IMG/VR virus record: IMGVR_UViG_2671180984_000037
Direction: 5' to 3' (one strand)
Source of the DNA: a virus
Taxonomy: Duplodnaviria; Heunggongvirae; Uroviricota; Caudoviricetes
Length of the DNA stretch: 8,196 nt
The translations under genes were made by a program, and so were the position numbers. Position 1 is the stretch's first letter. Every line of letters starts with the position of its first letter. Below the pieces are notes generated by a model that saw nothing but the letters and a program-made list of their open reading frames with translations, ran no database searches and was not told the DNA's origin. Positions 6,085-8,196 of this stretch are shown here, in pieces.

Positions 6085-6759
6085 TTAGGCCTTTATTGTG
6101 TATCTTCTTGGTTTTCCCGAGAAAATCACTGTACCAATTATAGAGCAATTACCGTTAATCTTAATGTAAGGCTCAGGCCAGTTTGGGTTTAATGCTTTGA
6201 GATAACGCTGTGTTCCATCTTCTATCAATCGCTTGAAGGTGGTTTCGCCTGTATCGTGCATCAATGCAATAACGTCGTCACCGTGGCAGGCAGGGACTTC
6301 GGGATCAACAAAAATCATGTCTCCAGGGCGGTACTCATCAATCATTGAATCACCAATCACCCGCAAGATATAAGTCATTTCGCCACAGGGTACAGGGCAG
6401 GGATACGTTTCTGCTGTGCTCAAATCAACCTCAGAATAGCCAACTTCTTTCCATGCTCCGGCCTGTACCCATGATATGACAGGGACTAACGTTATTTGTT
6501 TGTTAGTGATTGAAACATCAGGTTTTTTTGTGATGTTCGTTGTCTGGTGTTCTTGATCAAGCCATCCGACAGGCAGGTCGAAACATTTTTCGATGTGGCG
6601 TGCCATGCTGTCACCGATATTTTTAGTAGCGCCATCCCCCATAAACCTGCTGGTTTGGGTTGGCTCGCGATCAATCATGGTGGCAAAGGATGAATTTCCG
6701 CCAACACCATCTCTCAGTTTTCTGGCGTTAGACCGCCGGATGTCATGGATTGTTTTCAT
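6085..6759 (-). CDS. cI: CI-type phage repressor, N-terminal HTH plus C-terminal LexA-like S24 peptidase domain (224 aa)
   Basis: C-terminal domain has the autocleavage catalytic motifs VIGDSM (Ser) and TFKRL (Lys), and a linker Ala-Gly (WVQAGAW) as the candidate cleavage site. Divergent from a Cro-like gene with operators between them. No Shine-Dalgarno before the ATG, consistent with a leaderless PRM transcript as in lambda cI. Confidence 0.9.
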   Translation of the reverse strand: MKTIHDIRRSNARKLRDGVGGNSSFATMIDREPTQTSRFMGDGATKNIGDSMARHIEKCFDLPVGWLDQEHQTTNITKKPDVSITNKQITLVPVISWVQAGAWKEVGYSEVDLSTAETYPCPVPCGEMTYILRVIGDSMIDEYRPGDMIFVDPEVPACHGDDVIALMHDTGETTFKRLIEDGTQRYLKALNPNWPEPYIKINGNCSIIGTVIFSGKPRRYTIKA

Positions 6760-6775
6760 AACGAAATTAAAACCT

Positions 6776-6844
6776 TTGTACCGATAAGGTACAAGTATCT
6801 TGAAGGTTCATTTCAATCATGTAATATGTATACCGGAGGTACAT
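6776..6844. promoter_or_regulatory. OR-like operator/promoter region between cI and the cro-like gene (divergent PRM/PR)
   Basis: 19-bp 7-5-7 palindromes TTGTACC-gataa-GGTACAA (6776..6794) and ATGTATA-ccgga-GGTACAT (6826..6844) share the half-site seen at PL. Candidate PR: -35 TTGAAG (6800..6805), 16-bp spacer, -10 TAATAT (6822..6827), then GGAGG (6835..6839) and ATG at 6850. Confidence 0.55.
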
Positions 6845-6849
6845 GTTGT

Positions 6850-7050
6850 ATGAAAGCGTATTGGGACTCTTTAACCAAAGAACAGCAGGGCGAGTTGGCC
6901 GGAAAAGTTGGCTCAACACCTGGCTACTTACGGCTGGTTTTCAATGGTTATAAAAAAGCCAGTTTTGTGCTGGCGAAAAAACTTGAGCAATGCACGTCAG
7001 GTGCAATTACGAAATCTGACTTAAGACCGGATATCTATCCGAAAGATTAA
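6850..7050 (+). CDS. Cro-like small HTH regulator, YdaS family (66 aa)
   Basis: The ORF track begins at 6745, which would overlap the cI start and the operators. The ATG at 6850 with GGAGG 10 nt upstream gives MKAYWDSLTKEQQGELAGKVGSTPGYLRLVFNGYKKASFVLAKKLEQCTSGAITKSDLRPDIYPKD. The C-terminal LRPDI motif and size match YdaS-type Cro analogues as I remember them. Confidence 0.65.
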   Translation: MKAYWDSLTKEQQGELAGKVGSTPGYLRLVFNGYKKASFVLAKKLEQCTSGAITKSDLRPDIYPKD

Positions 7051-7081
7051 CAGAACACCTTCAATTTTTAACCACAGAACG

Positions 7082-7651
7082 ATGAGGCTAACCGTGGGTA
7101 AGTATCACTGGAAAGTAGAAAAACAGCCTGAGTGGTACGTGAAAGCTGTCAGAAAAACTATCGCAGCGTTGCCGGGGGGTTACGCTGAAGCTGCTGAGTG
7201 GCTGGATGTAACAGAGAACGCATTATTTAACCGCCTTCGTGCCGATGGCGATCAGATTTTCCCGCTGGGATGGGCAATGATTTTACAACGTGCTGGTGGC
7301 ACTCACTTCATTGCTGACGCTGTGGCGCAGTCTGCAAATGGCGTCTTTGTGTCTCTTCCTGACGTCGAGGATGTGGACAATGCCGATATTAACCAGCGTT
7401 TACTGGAAGTCATTGAACAGATCGGCAGTTATTCAAAACAGATTCGTTCGGCAATCGAAGACGGTGTAGTGGAACCGCATGAGAAGACAGCAATTAACGA
7501 CGAGCTGTACCTCTCAATTTCGAAGCTGCAGGAGCATGCAGCACTTGTCTACAAAATTTTTTGCGTTTCAGAAAGTAATGACGCCCGCGAGTGTGCAGCT
7601 CCGGGCGTCGTGGCGTCGATTGCTTCTGGTTGTGGAGAAACTAACGCATGA
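7082..7651 (+). CDS. YdaT-like / CII-analogue regulatory protein (189 aa)
   Basis: Immediately follows the Cro-like gene in the rightward operon, the position of cII (or ydaT in Rac-type prophages). Family call is by synteny and general resemblance, not confirmed. Start could be ATG 7082 or GTG 7094 (GAGG 6 nt upstream). Confidence 0.5.
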   Translation: MRLTVGKYHWKVEKQPEWYVKAVRKTIAALPGGYAEAAEWLDVTENALFNRLRADGDQIFPLGWAMILQRAGGTHFIADAVAQSANGVFVSLPDVEDVDNADINQRLLEVIEQIGSYSKQIRSAIEDGVVEPHEKTAINDELYLSISKLQEHAALVYKIFCVSESNDARECAAPGVVASIASGCGETNA

Positions 7652-7986
7652 ACAGTTTAACAACACACTACCGTCGCTCGCAACTGATTGCGCTTCCTGT
7701 ACCGGGTGGAAAAGCGAAGGTGGAGTATTGCTATGCAGTAAATGTACCAGGTGACAGGGAAATTGTAACCCACAGCTTTGCAGAGTGGGCTGTGGGGGAT
7801 TTCAACCGGCAGAAGGAGACAGTCCTTTGCGACAAGTTAACCGCTGGTTCAAAGATCACTACGGAGTGCCCGTCAGAGTCATTCGTTGGGAGCCGGAAAC
7901 ACAACGGGTTATCTACCTCCGTGAAGGCTATGAGCATGAGTGCTTCAGCCCGCTCGAACAGTTTCGTCGTAAATTCAGGGAAATAG
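7648..7986 (+). CDS. Hypothetical ORF coupled to the ydaT-like gene; N-terminal ~60 codons look coding, 3' portion doubtful
   Basis: ATG at 7648 overlaps the TGA of the ydaT-like gene (ATGA), with GGAG 10 nt upstream. From about 7830 onward the translation becomes Ser-rich and low-complexity ([22 protein letters not shown]) while another frame becomes protein-like. Confidence 0.3.
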   Translation: MNSLTTHYRRSQLIALPVPGGKAKVEYCYAVNVPGDREIVTHSFAEWAVGDFNRQKETVLCDKLTAGSKITTECPSESFVGSRKHNGLSTSVKAMSMSASARSNSFVVNSGK

Positions 7987-8006
7987 AGGTCGGTCATGAG
8001 CACTAA
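7827..8006 (+). CDS. Hypothetical small ORF in the alternate frame (59 aa from TTG 7827; frame open from 7770)
   Basis: Protein-like translation with E. coli-typical codons ([56 protein letters not shown]). AAGGAG lies 8 nt upstream of the in-frame TTG at 7827. Its stop overlaps the replication-gene start by 11 nt. No ATG in frame. Confidence 0.3.
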   Translation: MRQVNRWFKDHYGVPVRVIRWEPETQRVIYLREGYEHECFSPLEQFRRKFREIEVGHEH

Positions 8007-8196
8007 ATTAACCGGCTATGTATGGGATGGTTGCGCAGCGTCAGGCATGAAATTATCCAGCGTGGCAATTATGGCCCGCCTGGCTGATTTCAGTAATGAC
8101 GAAGGTGTGTGCTGGCCATCAATTGAAACCATTGCCCGTCAGATTGGCGCGGGGATGAGTACCGTCAGAACGGCTATCGCACGGCTGGAAGCAGAA
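7996..8196 (+). CDS. Replication initiator, O-like, N-terminal winged-helix domain; 5' partial, runs off the window
   Basis: ATG at 7996 with AGAGG 6 nt upstream. Translation [67 protein letters not shown] matches the HTH N-terminus of lambdoid replication initiators as remembered, and the gene sits in the canonical post-cII position. Confidence 0.75.
   Translation, partial: MSTKLTGYVWDGCAASGMKLSSVAIMARLADFSNDEGVCWPSIETIARQIGAGMSTVRTAIARLEAE

Noticed and set aside
6492-6787. ORFs 6492..6674 (-) and 6593..6787 (+) overlapping the cI-like gene
   Set aside because: Alternate-frame or antisense ORFs within the strongly supported repressor CDS.
7479-8003. ORFs 7479..7754 (+) and 7731..8003 (-)
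   Set aside because: The first lies inside the ydaT-like CDS in another frame; the second is antisense to the rightward operon without start context.
1-8196. CRISPR arrays, tRNA/rRNA genes, IS elements or transposase genes
   Set aside because: No direct-repeat/spacer periodicity, no cloverleaf-compatible tRNA-like segments and no transposase-like ORFs were seen on reading the sequence.

Overview
This window reads as the left arm and immunity region of a lambdoid prophage, probably from an Enterobacteriaceae (E. coli-like) host. A leftward operon (minus strand, about 6010 down to 75) ends in a phage integrase (75..1361) and an excisionase-like gene. Upstream of these lie several small, translationally coupled ORFs, a DUF551-like protein, a coiled-coil Ea22-like protein, and a yfdP/yfdQ/yfdR-like module that includes a YfbR-like HD-domain 5'-deoxynucleotidase. 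The operon is driven by a near-consensus PL-type promoter overlapped by two 19-bp operators. The immunity region holds a leaderless LexA-like CI repressor (6085..6759, minus) with its own intrinsic terminator, divergent from a YdaS-type Cro-like gene, a YdaT/CII-like gene and the start of an O-like replication initiator (7996 to window end). No rRNA, tRNA, CRISPR array or IS element was seen. The most unusual feature is a ~590-nt leader between PL and the first early gene with no convincing ORF, a terminator-like hairpin and an 18-bp perfect inverted repeat, and no N-like antiterminator gene. Other points of interest are small ORFs missing from the ORF track (including a 28-aa hydrophobic peptide) and a frame discontinuity between the CII-like and replication genes. 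All family assignments are from reading the translations and from memory of conserved motifs; no database search was run.
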